DNA of 64,000 bases from Tubiluchus corallicola (lineage: Eukaryota > Animalia > Priapulida). Position numbers and translations under genes: made by a program. The stretch covers positions 432,265 to 496,264 of the forward strand of contig JAQGDQ010000107.1 in NCBI GenBank assembly GCA_030141605.1, written 5' to 3'. Under the pieces are notes generated by a model. The model made no database searches and was not told where the DNA came from. It saw only the letters and a program-made list of their open reading frames with translations. Every line of letters starts with the position of its first letter. Positions within the stretch are counted from its first letter, which is position 1. This document shows positions 40,541-53,049 of this stretch, piece by piece.

Positions 40541-41080
40541 GGTTGTTGGCATCCTTCTGTCTCGGAAGACAATGGAGTGTGCGCCAAGAGAGTCAGTTAT
40601 TGATCACATTGATGGAGCTGCAGCATCTACTGTGGCTGAGCAGTGCGATCCTTGGAACGTCTCCAGGGCGCACGCCTGGGCAAGGTGTATGGAGATCCTG
40701 AGTTGCCCAGACAACAGGAACCCCCTCTCTTCCTCCCTGGTGTAGTCCAAAGGAAAGCGGAGCGATATGTTTGGCGCCAGGTTGGCTGCCGGAGTCAGTG
40801 AGCATGCTGCACTGGTCCGCCTTCGGGGCTCCACTCCTGATTTGGAAGGTTTGCTCCTCTACACATGGCAGTTGGGTCACTTGACCTCCTCCGCCCTCTA
40901 ACCATTGGGAGCTTATACAGTTCCTCCGCTTAGTGTCGAGATACAGTGTGGGCATTCCGCAGGCCTACAGCACCTGGTATTCGTAGGCGGTCACCCATCC
41001 AAGTAATAACCAGGTTCTACGTTGCTTAACTTCGGTGATCAGACGAGAACCAGTGTTTTCAACGTGATTTGGCCGTAGTC
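40541..41080 (-). mobile_element. Full-length 5S rRNA-headed SINE (SINE3 type) with RTE-like body and tail
   Basis: 5S head at 41080-40963, GC-rich body, 3' end ccattgtcttccgagacagaaggatgccaacaacc. 17-bp TSD ttaaYttgagtgatatt at 40524-40540 and 41082-41098. Confidence 0.9.
40963..41080 (-). pseudogene. 5S rRNA-derived sequence (SINE head), 118 nt
   Basis: gactacggccaaatcacgttgaaaacactggttctcgtctgatcaccgaagttaagcaacgtagaacctggttattacttggatgggtgaccgcctacgaataccaggtgctgtaggc is a complete animal 5S-like sequence with boxes A and C. No T-run terminator follows it. Confidence 0.93.
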
Positions 41081-41957
41081 ATTAATTTGAGTGATATTAT
41101 TGAGGTCATTATTCTAATTGTACATACTCGGTTAATAGAAAATACAGCATCTTTAATAAACTTTTTACACCGTTATAATGAGTACAAGGCAGTAAATAGG
41201 ATACGCTTTCTGCAAACACAGTTCGATACTTAATCAGCTTAATGTCAACAATAGAGAAAGCCACATTGTAGTAAAAATATTGCCATTGAATTTGCAGCAA
41301 CTTCGAGAGACAGTTTATGGTCACATTAATTTTTGGTCATTTTTGCAAACGGTGGAGGCAACTGCTTCGTTATTTAGTCTGTACATTTAGAGGAACAAGT
41401 CATTTCTATTGAAATTAATGAATCTCTGACGAACGCCTTATGTGTTCCTCAAGGTTCAATGTTTTTCCTTCGATACTGTACATTTTAACACTGCACCTGA
41501 CAGAGATATTTATATTAATTGTAATGTAACCAAAGGCGAACATGCAGATCACGGAAGGTTGCATGTATTCTCCCGAATGCATGCCACACACTCGTGCTGT
41601 AGTAACTGTAGTAACTAAGTAACTGTTGTATAAACTGACATGGGTATCATCTACAAAAATTTACATTTCTTGTTTATTTGAATCCCGAAGAGAAATGGAA
41701 CTCTAACGCTAACCAAAATATGATGCAGCTTTACGTGTTTATTAAACGTAAAACTTTAACGGAAGAGCAGAAAAGTATCAAAATTGTCATTTACCAACAA
41801 TTGTTGTTGAAGGATACTTAACTGTGAGTTGTTAGACTAATTATTGAAATCTTATTTCTCTAACAAGTAGCAAAGTGAGGCACAGTCCAGATGATGGAGC
41901 AGTACTTCATTCGAGGTTAGACAATCTCTTTGTAAGAAGCCAGACTACTTGCGCAGA

Positions 41958-42275
41958 CCCTTTTAGCTCAATAAAGCCTTCCTACTTTTTGATATACATG
42001 TTCTTAGCTATTCCTCTAAGACACTCCGTCATCTTAGTGCTGGAACACCGCCTAAAACTAAACAAATATGGGCTTTCTTATGCCAAAAGTGTCCTTTGTC
42101 TCTATTTTATTATCTGTTCGGGCTTCAAATTTCCAAAGTTTTGCTGGCTTAGTTTTTCCTACAGCAACCATTTTTATCAGCTAAATTGCAGCATAGTTAT
42201 TTATATTCACGAATAGCACTGTTGAATATTAGCATTAATGTATTTTCAAAGTAAATAAAAATTAAAAAATTTAAA
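41958..42275 (+). mobile_element. Retroposon 3' end (CR1-like UTR), copy 1
   Basis: ~310 bp ending aaataaaaattaaaaaatttaaa; the reverse complement of 44351-44655 is highly similar. Confidence 0.7.
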
Positions 42276-42966
42276 ACCGATAAGGGTCTAAGCTGTTACT
42301 GTAGGTACGTAATTCTATATTTCATGAACTTTGATCAGATCAACCTTATTGTTCCATCACCTTTTGAGTTCCACACAAAGTCTACTAAACGTTTTGCTCG
42401 AGTTCTTTTGAATTAATTATCTCCTTCAAAGAGTTTATTGGCTGTTTCATCGCTTTTGGTTGGACGGTTGGTTGTCTAGCTGCTGGTTGGTTACAAGGAT
42501 GAACGCTTTAAATTTTCGTTCAATTTCGAGACGTCGGTGAGGAAGGGGCGAGAAACTGCCCTTTATTTACTACACGTAAGGTGTGCAGCGCTTCCTGGGA
42601 TCTTAAAGAGAGTTTTCTACCTTCCTGGAAAGAGACAGGATAGTTCTTTTTTCCAAATACGTCCAGGCAAAATGAACGGCAGCGAGTAATTTCCTGGTTC
42701 TATTTCGGCGAATTCTTGTTAGGAAGCTATTGTTGTGATGTCATGCTGAATATGTATGTAAATACACTATATTTCAAGTAATCTTCAAGCAAGGCATTAG
42801 AACAATAATTATTGGTGACATCTGAATCAAGGAGTTGCGTATTTTAGCGACGTATACTCAGCAGCTTTGGTGAAGGTTCGAATACGCTATTGAGTACGTT
42901 TCTAGTTGTACGCGTGATTGTATTCTGAATTAGTTTTATGTCTATTTATATTTTTATGGTATTGAG

Positions 42967-43448
42967 CGGGGGTGTGCAAATTATCTGACTAACCGGGCCA
43001 CATTAAACTTTCCCGCAATTCCTGCGGGCCACAGGCAGTTTGATCAAGGAGCCAAGTACAGAAAGGCCTAATAACGATTTTTTTGCATCCGACCTGCGTA
43101 CATCATTACTACTACACCCAAGAAATTATTTTAGAAGTTATTAAAATTTATATTACAAACCACATATTTCTACTTTCAGGACAGATAGTGGTAATTTCAT
43201 TACAATGCATATTAGTAATGTGTATCACACAGTCTGTGTAGTACAGTGACATTAAGCTACAACCGTCTTGTAAGGGTTAATGGCATCCGATCTAGTAGAA
43301 AAAACTACCCGCACTATCTTTGGGATCGTGGCACGGACTTCAGCTGGATACACTCAATTAATCGCCCGGGCCGCACTTTCATTAGGTTGACAAATCTCTT
43401 TGTGGGCCGCACAAATTCTCCAGGCGGGCCGCAATTTGCACACCCCTC
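42967..43448. mobile_element. hAT (Charlie-like) MITE, family C
   Basis: TIR cgggggtgtgcaaatt / aatttgcacacccctc; perfect 8-bp TSD gtattgag; subterminal gggcc motifs. Confidence 0.92.
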
Positions 43449-43591
43449 GTATTGAGCTTAAGATTAAAGATTTAATTATTGTACTTTAAAGCATAAAAAT
43501 CCGTTTCAGCGTTGCCACAAATTCATTTGAAAGTCACATGTATAATATTCACAATGTTTTATTTCCTTGCACATGCACTGCATTGGATATA

Positions 43592-43879
43592 CCGTAAAAG
43601 GGGGTGAGTTTGATTCGACTAAAACTAGACATTTTTCATAATTTTTTCATAGGGTGGCGAACTCACCCCCAACCAAACAATCACAACCAGTTAACTTCAG
43701 CTGCCTAGAATGGCATTAAACAGTGTTAAATTGTTAGTGGCGAATTCACCCCACGATAGTGGTTCATTCGAAAGGCAATATAAAGCTTGAACTAAGAAAA
43801 TCGGTTGGGTAATTCTCTTGCTATGGCAGGAAACGTAAAATATACCACTAAAAAGTGGCGAACTCACCCCGTTTTACGA
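43592..43879. mobile_element. pogo/Tc1-like MITE, degenerate
   Basis: ta|ccgtaaaagggggtgagtttg ... cgaactcaccccgttttacg; internal copies of ggcgaactcacccc. Confidence 0.7.
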
Positions 43880-44350
43880 AATCAGATGCGTACCGTTTCG
43901 TAAATCATTTATAAATTAAAATACGTAAATGATAACATATGTCGAGTGAGGGTGATAGTACTCCACCTGGCCCCAGTAAAATCTTATTTCTTTTAGCAAA
44001 AACAGGAAAACTTCTCATTAGTACAGATGTCATATTCATAGCCATGTCATAAGTCATTTATGTTACATTACACCTTTACAATAGTTTCATGTACAATATC
44101 TAGTGAAAGGGCCTACAATGAACATAATACAGATAAGAAATAGTGCACAGGAAAAGCCTCAAACACTGTTCACTTATACACGAAGGTAAATGTGTTGCGG
44201 GCAATCAAAAAGCAGGTCTTGTTAGACACAGTGAAAGAAAAAAAAGTAATGGAAATAATCTGAAGATTTAAAGTGAATCGTGATAAAAAACATTAGTGCT
44301 TAAAAGCAATGTCTGTTGGTACATCCTTTTAGGCAAAATATAATGGCACT

Positions 44351-44660
44351 TGAATTTTTGTTTACTTTGAAAATAGATTAGCGCTAATATTCAACAGTAC
44401 TATTCGTAAATATATAGCTATGCTGCAATTTAGCTGATAAAAATGGTTGCTGTAAGAAAAACTATGCCAAAAAAACTTGGAAATTTGAAGCCCGAACAGA
44501 TAATAAATAGAGACAAAGGACATTTTTGGCATAAGAAAGCCCATATTTGTTTAGTTTTAGGCGGTGTTCCAGCACTAAGATGACGGAGTGTCTTAGAGGA
44601 ATAGCTAAGAACATGTATATCAAAAAGTAGGAAGCCTTTATTGAGCCAAAAAGGTGTCTC
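44351..44660 (-). mobile_element. Retroposon 3' end (CR1-like UTR), copy 2, with long flanking duplication
   Basis: Inverted copy of 41958-42270, flanked by 31-bp direct repeats tacatcYttttaRgcaaaatataatggcact at 44320-44350 and 44665-44695. Confidence 0.75.
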
Positions 44661-45255
44661 TTGCTACATCTTTTTAAGCAAAATATAATGGCACTCGGTT
44701 AAAATGTTTTCTTGGTTGATTTTTTCCGCACAACCTGTACGAAGCCTGTATATTTTCTGCTCGCACCTGGTGCCTCGTCTTTGCCTTTCGCAAGACAATT
44801 AAGCTATAGCGAAGGTTATATACAAGCCGGCAGCATACTGATGAAATTAGTTGCACGCGTTTACTTTGCTGTTAGCAAGATTTGCGTAATTAATAACGGC
44901 GATAAATGAGCTGTTGGGCTGCGAGTTTTGTCATTTTAATGCGCCTGGGATTGTGCAGGTTTTCATCAGCAAAAGTTGAATTGAAATAAATTGAAATGAA
45001 TTGAACTGAATCAAATGCAGACGAATCGAACTGCACTGAATGGAGCCGATTAATTTCAGTTGTTTTATTAATCACATGTAATCGTTTTGTGAGACATTGT
45101 ATCAACAACCCTGAACACACACGTTATTATGCGGTTAAACTGAAGTTTTTAACTATAAAATCTCCGAAGTTATGATTCGTGTGCGAGTTATAATTACAAT
45201 AAGTTTTGCGAAGGTGTAGCCACTTTTTTGGAATTCATATTAGTAAGTTCATTAA

Positions 45256-45736
45256 CCTATCCACCTTCAAGCCAGCCCAATTCAGTGCTGGTCCCAAGCC
45301 CGGATAAATAGGGTAGGGTTAGGGTCAGGAGGGGCATCTGTAAAAACTGCGCCAAAACCTTCTATGAATGAGTGGTGAGACTTAAAGGTAAAGTCCACAA
45401 AGAAGTGGTCAGACCCGCTCTAATCTATGGGCTGGAAGCAGCTTCTCTAAAGAAGACCGAAGAGAAGAAAATGGGTGTGGTGGAGATGAGGATGTTGAGA
45501 TGGATGGTGGGAATAACAAGAAGAGATAAAATTAGAAATAATAACATCAGAGGAACAGTAAAAGTAGTGGAAGCCTCGCAAGATTGCGATGGTATGGACA
45601 CCTGAAAAGAAGAGTCGGTGAAGATCATGTGGGAAGGGAAGACATAAATGAAGAGATGGTCAGCAACAGCATTGCGCGGAGAAGACTCATTCACAACGGC
45701 GACCCCGCATAGGGAAAAGCTGGGAAGAAGAAGAAG
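45256..45736 (+). mobile_element. Internally deleted RTE (Expander/Rex3-like): 5' UTR fused to ORF2 3' end
   Basis: 5' gctggtcccaagcccggataaatagg...aggggcatc; ORF RLKGKVHKEVVRPALIYGLE...EMRMLRWMVGITRRDKIRN..RLRWYGHLKRR; 3' ggcgacccc and (GAA)n tail. 17-bp TSD attagtaagYtcattaa. Confidence 0.9.
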
Positions 45737-46102
45737 ATTAGTAAGCTCATTAATAGGAAAGCTGAGTAAACTCTCACTGGTTTTTGTGTTGCAGAAGCTT
45801 ACCTGCTTACCTGCTTACCTGCTTACCTGCTATTTAAATAGAAGCGCAATAGTAAAACCAGCAATATCAGTGTACTAAGATTTAACAATAGCGGAAATAA
45901 GTAAATTTGCTCAGCATACATATGTCACATTCAGCTTACATGATGAAAATCGTAATGGTCGTAATTTAGTGATAGTTGCAACAGGACTGGAACCCAGACA
46001 ATTGTCAAAGATAGCAATTCTTATGTGTTAGCGTTTCTTGTAAATGCAAAAATAACTAGTACATATATATATATATAGTCAACTTTCATGGAATGGAGAA
46101 TG

Positions 46103-46172
46103 GCTGGACACAGCTGCCAGACTGACACAGCTGGACACAGCTGCCAGACTGACACAGCTGGACACAGCTGCC
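46103..46172. repeat. 27-bp tandem repeat, ~2.6 copies
   Basis: Unit gctggacacagctgccagactgacaca; contains five CAGCTG E-boxes. Confidence 0.85.
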
Positions 46173-47190
46173 AAACTTTCAGAATGATGCTTTAGGCCAT
46201 TCTAAAAGCGATTTGGACATTTTTTATAAATGACAAGTTGATGCTCCAAACTTCCAAGACTCAATTTGCATTTTGTTCAAGGATATTGTGTGAAAATTTT
46301 AAAATTGCGCCTTTGCATCAATAACTTCTTATATTATTGAAACATAAATCTTTAAAATTATGATATATATTACATACAATTTTAATACCGCAGTGTATTT
46401 TTCTGGCCGCAGGGAGTTGACATTCTGCGCACGTAATTTTCAGTTTCTAAATTGCGGTATCTAAACTACCTGCGAGTGAAACATCTTTGCTCATTTTCTA
46501 CAAGATTGCAATATCCATACTCTTTTTAATATGAGAAACCTTTGCAGGGGCGCACGTAAGCTTTATGCGCAGCTGCGGGCGCTACCAGCCTTTCAATATG
46601 AGAAACCTTTGTTGGGGCGCACGTAAGCGGGCGCTACCAGCCTTTTCCCCTCAGAAATCCTAGCAATCGCCATACGTGTCTTTGTTGCTTGTTCGTAACT
46701 TTATCTTTTATATTTTAACCGTCGACTCAACATTAGGTCTATTTCACACAGGAAACACAAGGGAAATGACACGGGGAATTATTGTTGTCAGAAATCAGGA
46801 AATTTTCGAGTTGTTCTCGACAACGCATGAAGCAAGAAAGTTCATTTCACACAGAAACGCGCAGTTTTTTTAAGACTTCCAGTTAGCTGCAGCTCAATAT
46901 ATTTACAGTATGCAGTTTATAAAAATGATAATTAAAGGTATAATGAACAGAAGCCCTGTTTATATATATGTCTTTTGTCTGCAACACTACTGACCAGTGG
47001 CGCTGAACAAAACGTTGAAGTAACCAGCAAGGACACATATTTAGTATCATCAACTGATGACTCTAATCAGAAAATTGCAGGTTCGCCAAATGTTCATTGA
47101 ATAGGTTAATTTTTTCCGCAAGTACTACGATGTAAGCATGCTATGCCTTGAAATTTAGTTATCTGTACTGTCGTAGAGTCTGAGTCGCAT

Positions 47191-47625
47191 TGTGAAAGTC
47201 ATGTTTAAAGTTGTAGATAACTCACTTTGTAGAACAAGAATAAACAACTATACTACATATTTGCACAAAACTGAAAAGTGTTTATTAGACTACATACACA
47301 TATGTAGAATGACTGCTGCACTGAACACTGAGAACAAGAGTGTCCTGCACTGATCACTGAGAGTTAGACAGGTGTGTAGCACGACTGCTGCACTGCACTG
47401 AGAGTGAGACAGTGACCAGAAAGTAAATCCAGTCAGTATATATAGGTATAGGTGATTATGCAAACTTGGCTTCACAAAAACCATTACTGTAAAATAGGGA
47501 GAGATCCAGTGAATATGCATTCACTGGACCGTACAATTATACTGGGGGTGAGTTTAGCTAGTAAAATGTAAAAGGATTAGTTCATAGATGGCAGCACCTA
47601 AAAATGTACAATTACAACTTCCACA
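47191..47625 (-). mobile_element. Solo LTR, family 1, copy 2
   Basis: TG..CA termini; perfect 5-bp TSD cgcat; TATA followed by AATAAA on the minus strand. Has an extra internal duplicated segment compared with copy 1. Confidence 0.9.
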
Positions 47626-49164
47626 CGCATTTTAAAAAAGGTTTATTTTAAATGTCTAAACTTGTCTTGTCTTGGCTTGGCTTGGCTCGGCTTATCTATC
47701 TGCATAATAATAACTTCCACAAACTGTTATGTGACTGAAACTACTAACCTCTTTCACCACAAGTTTCGAGTATCTTTCAAATTGCTAGTTTTATGCTCAT
47801 AATTACCGTGACACGCGTTCGGCTGTTGTTTAATCAACTCTCGCAAGACTTGTATAATTAGCACTTGTAGAAAACATCCAAGAAAATTTTCCCTCTGTTG
47901 CAACGCCAACTGAGTGTGAGTTCGACTCTCGTCCAGTGAGACCTAGACCTTTTGCTCGTATGAAAACCGTTTTATTTTATATTGTTGACAAGTTAAAAAA
48001 GCAGGTTGTTTAAAAAGAAATAAGAAATACTTCACTGTCATATTCACTGTGACTGTTTTTGTTTTCTGCTGAAGACCCTCAGGTTAAAATTTCAAGGTCA
48101 CTAGGTTTGTCAAATATCTTTTTTGCTACTTCAAGCTTTGAGTTTTGTGAATTATGTCTTAGTATTTTTATTGCAGTTGTACACTCCTAGTGAAGCACTT
48201 AACTTTGCGTGCTCAGTTATTGTAATGTTACATAATACATCGTTATTTGACAATTTCGTGACGCGTTCTGCTTTCAGATTCAGTAACATTTCGGTCTCAT
48301 AAAATATAATTAATATCTCATGTTTTTTTCCTATAACAAGACTTTGACAGTGAACATATTTCTGACTGGTAACACCTTTGACATTACGCTAATTCTGAAA
48401 TAGCCATCGTGAAAACACATTTTGCAGATGTCGGTTTTCAAAACTCAACCCGTTTGCTGTTATTGCGTCAATAAAACATGCCATTCAGGGCAGAGAATAA
48501 ACTGCTCAGTGGTTTGATTATTTGCATCCACTCTTTCATCTGTTTCTTTGACCACGTCTTTGCGTGTCTGAGTTAGAACTCACGTTTGCAATTTAGGGAG
48601 AAAATACATTAATCGCAGGGCAAAAGAAATTCGCAAAAAATAATTTTCCGGTAACGGAAAAATACAACCATTAAAATTTGATCATAGCGTGTAGGATTCA
48701 AACAGGAGCAGAAGTACTGTGAGAGTTGAATGTTTGTATCATAAATTGCAGCTAAGCTGTAAACAGCTTGTGTAGCCAGTGCAAGTGGCCTAAATTTTTC
48801 ATCACAAAATCGCAGAAAGTCCTCAAAAATGTTTGAACAGCAGCTGCTGCTACACTAGTACATATTAACAATTCATACTTGCATGAATTTCCCCCCACTC
48901 AACTTGTTTCATTAACAGATACAGCATATGTAACTACGTACAGTTAGTTACTTGACAGACATATTGCTCAGTTTAATAACAGTTTTATACTTTTTTGTGC
49001 TTTAGTGTCGCATTGCATGCATGTAATTTATTGACGAACAGATAACGACATTGCTAATTGAAGAGACAATAGTTAGTTGATTGTTCAAGCAAATTAGTTG
49101 CTAAGAAGCAAATTAGTCGACATTTGTTGTTCAAGCAAATTTCTAAAACATTTGCAATCTAGAA

Positions 49165-49420
49165 TATCATCAGGTAGTCCAAGCATATGCCCAATCCATC
49201 TTAAAACAGATATTCCAGTGAAGATAGCTCTTCAACAAGCCATAGAACAGGCTAAAAAACCTGCAGGAGGACAAATGTTAACATATTTAGATTTTGCACA
49301 GAAAGATTTAAACACTTCAGCATTGATCCTTAGAAATAAATGCACTTGGGGCATTGCGGCGAGCAGGGAGTCCCGTAATAGGGAGGTGAGCAGAATCATG
49401 TCACTGGACGTGTGATTCAT

Positions 49421-49451
<31 letters not shown>
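49165..49451 (+). mobile_element. RTE-like LINE 3' end with 5' inversion and (GAT)n tail
   Basis: 12-bp TSD tgcaatctagaa (49153-49164, 49452-49463). Plus strand DIPVKIALQQA..KKPAGGQMLTYLDFAQKDL; the first 40 bp read LRWIGHMLGLPDD on the minus strand. Confidence 0.85.
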
Positions 49452-49453
<2 letters not shown>

Positions 49454-49479
49454 CAATCTAGAAGATTAATGTAAGAAAA

Positions 49480-49750
49480 TAAAACTGACAAATTATACGT
49501 GATGGAACCTCGCACATAATCTAGCCGTGGATTATAGGATCCACAAAGCTTTGCTGCTGTCCAGTCTGGAGTTTTGAATCCCCCCTGCAGAAACTGTTTC
49601 TGTACATATTTGTTTCCCCTTTCCAGCCTTTTCCATCTTTTCACACATTCTCTGGCTGTGTCTTGACGAGCATTATGTAGCTGACCGTTGCTGTCTCAGA
49701 TCTCCTCTTTCATCTTCAAAAATCGATCTTCACTTTGTGAGAGAACGTAT
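49480..49750 (-). mobile_element. Possible decayed MULE-type transposase C-terminus
   Basis: Ends ...NKYVQ...KLCGSYNPRLDYVRGSITYNLS, reminiscent of the KY...Y...LDYLRGIAYNL terminus of animal MULE transposases. Confidence 0.3.
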
Positions 49751-50037
49751 TGACTTGTTTACTGAGTGTGAAAAACCACATTATTAAAAAAAGACTGAAA
49801 AGGAAAGGCAAATGCATCATCCTTCACTTGAAATGGCTAGGCGTAGAGTTTTGTATAGCCGCTTTGTAGAAATTAGGATAATCTTAGCACAAAATACGCG
49901 ATTATTTATCTTGCACCAAATTTAGCTTAGTTTAAATTTATATTCAAAAGCCATAGCCAAAATACATCATGCAGTTTCTGTACATATAAAAAAAGACATT
50001 ATGCTTACAACAATTAGTGTAGCGGCTAATTAAAATT

Positions 50038-50103
50038 GCGAGGTAACAGGATTTGAACTCAGAACCTGTGCTTTCATGGCACATGCTCTACTATGTGATC
50101 TAC
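50038..50103 (-). pseudogene. Degenerate tRNA-like or SINE head
   Basis: Minus strand gtagatcacatagtagagc...gagttcaaatcc has A-box and B-box spacing. Confidence 0.35.
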
Positions 50104-50701
50104 TGACTCAACATGGCAAAGCTACACGTCAATGAGAGCCACGTATCCGCTACTGTTACATATCACTAGATTTGAATATACTGTATTCAACAGTAGGAGT
50201 TGATTTACAAACCTGTTTCTGTAAGGTATCTGATAACAACTACATTAAAATAATGACATATATCATCCTTATTTACAACGCACTAGACTACTGTTTATGA
50301 ATACGCAACAACATCGTACATTGTAATACTACAGTGCTAGCATTGCACACTGGTTTATCACATATGCAACTGATTACAATGCTGTAAAGGATATGCTGAT
50401 TTTTTTAAACTGTAATAGCAATTTCCCTTATTTACAATAAATACTTCAATTTGAATGCACAAAAACCATGCTAACTGTATGAAATTACATGCCAACAAGA
50501 AAAAGCCGAGCTAAATCTCAACATACATAATTTTCTATTCAAAATTCTCAACAGATTGAAAAGCGTCATCTTTTGTGTCTGCGACAAATAGGTTCTGTTC
50601 AGTGCAAATTTTAATACCTGTATTTTAATAGATCATATTATTTTTACCGTAACTTTATTTGCAACTATTTTTCTTTTCGTCTCTCAGAATAGTAGTATTT
50701 C

Positions 50702-51262
<561 letters not shown>

Positions 51263-51587
51263 ACGGTCATATTACACATTATAAAACGTGTAATGTGTAA
51301 GCTCTGTGTATTTATCTCTTCATCTCTGGAGGAGTATCATCAGTTGTACTCTCCTATCTGGGACTTTGTGTATTTTAAATTTTCTTGTTTGATGAAAAAA
51401 TGTCACACTCAACCACTCTGTGATTTGATCATTATATTCAACACACCAGAACAGCTCAGCTACTGTTTGGTGTAATTAGTCTGCGTGAATAATTAGTCTG
51501 TGTAGAAAAACCGTCTCACACAGACAAATTTTAAAGTGCAGTTTTTGTGTATTTTGTCAGTGTTTTTTTTCCGGTGATTCGAAAATA

Positions 51588-51996
51588 CAGTGTTCCCTCG
51601 CTACTTCGCGGTTCGTTTATCGCGGACTCGCTGTTTCGCGGGTTTTCAAAAACATTTGTGTAAAATATTTATCGCCCGTATTTTCGCTGTTTCGCGGGTT
51701 TTTGCGGTACTCCGTCTAAAGTATTTTTGCACATGCGTAGTACGTATTGTACAGTAATGTATAGATTTGATGAATTTTGCATAAAAAATCACATTTTTAT
51801 GAACATTTAAGTAAAGTTTTTTGAAAGGTACATGTACGGTATGGGAAAAGGTTATGTATAAGAGCGTGGGGAGGGTTTACAAAAACTTAAAATAATGTAT
51901 AACTACTAAAATAAGTATAGCGCCCCTACTTCGCGGAAATTCACTTACCGCGGGTGGGCCTGGAACGGAACACCCGCGATAAGTGAGGGAACACTG
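51588..51996. mobile_element. Tigger/pogo-like MITE
   Basis: TIR cagtgttccctcgct / agtgagggaacactg; TA on the left, TG on the right; repeated tcgcgg subterminal motifs. Confidence 0.88.
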
Positions 51997-52019
51997 TGTA
52001 TGTATTGCCCTACGCAGTG

Positions 52020-52480
52020 CAGATCTTGAGCGCATGAAACAAAGGATCGTGCATCCCAGCAGAATAATGGTATGTGGTTACCAGTAAGGCAAAGGTAGGT
52101 ACTGGCGTGGTTCTGGATGCAAACGGCAAATGGAATAAACTCAGTTGTACCCGGTGTTGCAGGAAAACATTGCAAAGGTGTCGAGAAGAGTTGAATGGCA
52201 AGCCGGTTGATAAAGAAATTTCTAGCTCTGAGTTCGAGTCCGCTGAAGAAGATTATGAATGAAAAGAAAACGGTGTTCTTCTTATTTGAATTTCATCGAA
52301 AATAAATTTCATTTTGAAATGAAAAAACTCAATGAAGTTAGTGTGTGTGGAAAGCAAATCTAGGATAGACTCATTTTGATAATGCATGTTGGAAAGTTAG
52401 CTTCGAAGGAAAGTTAAAATTAGTTTTACACAGAGTAGTTACACTAAACAGTGTAGTTACACTTTTTTTGGAACACCCTG
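52020..52480 (+). mobile_element. Decayed Tc1-like fragment with right TIR
   Basis: HPSRIMVCG resembles the HP..VMVWG motif; ends actttttttggaacaccctg|ta. Confidence 0.45.
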
Positions 52481-53049
52481 TAGCACATGAAGTATTGTTG
52501 TCGTTTCATTGTTTAGTAAACTTCCTATACGAGTTGCTAATGTATAATTGTACATGTACGCGAGGGTCATTGCGCCTAAGTGATGTTGCTTGGCATCAAG
52601 TGTACTTGACCAGCATTTTAGATTATGCATTCTTGCTAGACGAAGCCATGCAAGAGCACGTGAACTGCATGTAAATTAGTTGAGGAAAGTAATGGATAAC
52701 ATTCGTGTCACTCTTCAAAACACTTCGTCTTCAAGGACAGACGTGCTGCGGTGCTTATAGACTAATTACAGTATTCTAATGGGCAGCATCTTCACAGTGG
52801 AAAACACTAGCTAAAAACGTAGTATTAACATAATACAAAAACACTGATTCGCCTAAAAATATCAAAAACAGATGAAATAGTCATGTTAGTATATTGCACT
52901 TTTTCGTTTTTGTTATTTTTGCGGTACTTTTTTATGTACACATATATGTACATGATTTAACAATAAAATAATGTTAATATATGAATAAACAGTTTTAAAG
53001 TTTTTATGTTGATGATTATATTATATTTTTTTTATGCTGCTTAGTGCTT

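Noticed and set aside
40533-40955. ORFs of 70-120 aa in the GC-rich segment
   Set aside because: They lie within the SINE body and show no protein motif.
40963-41080. Functional 5S rRNA gene
   Set aside because: Several substitutions, no terminator, not in a tandem array, and enclosed with a body inside a TSD.
41350-41470. Possible RT motif remnant (VPQGS)
   Set aside because: Too short and decayed to call.
41958-44660. One 2.7-kb element with 300-bp TIRs
   Set aside because: No shared outer TSD; copy 2 has its own flanking duplication and both copies have inward-facing A-rich tails.
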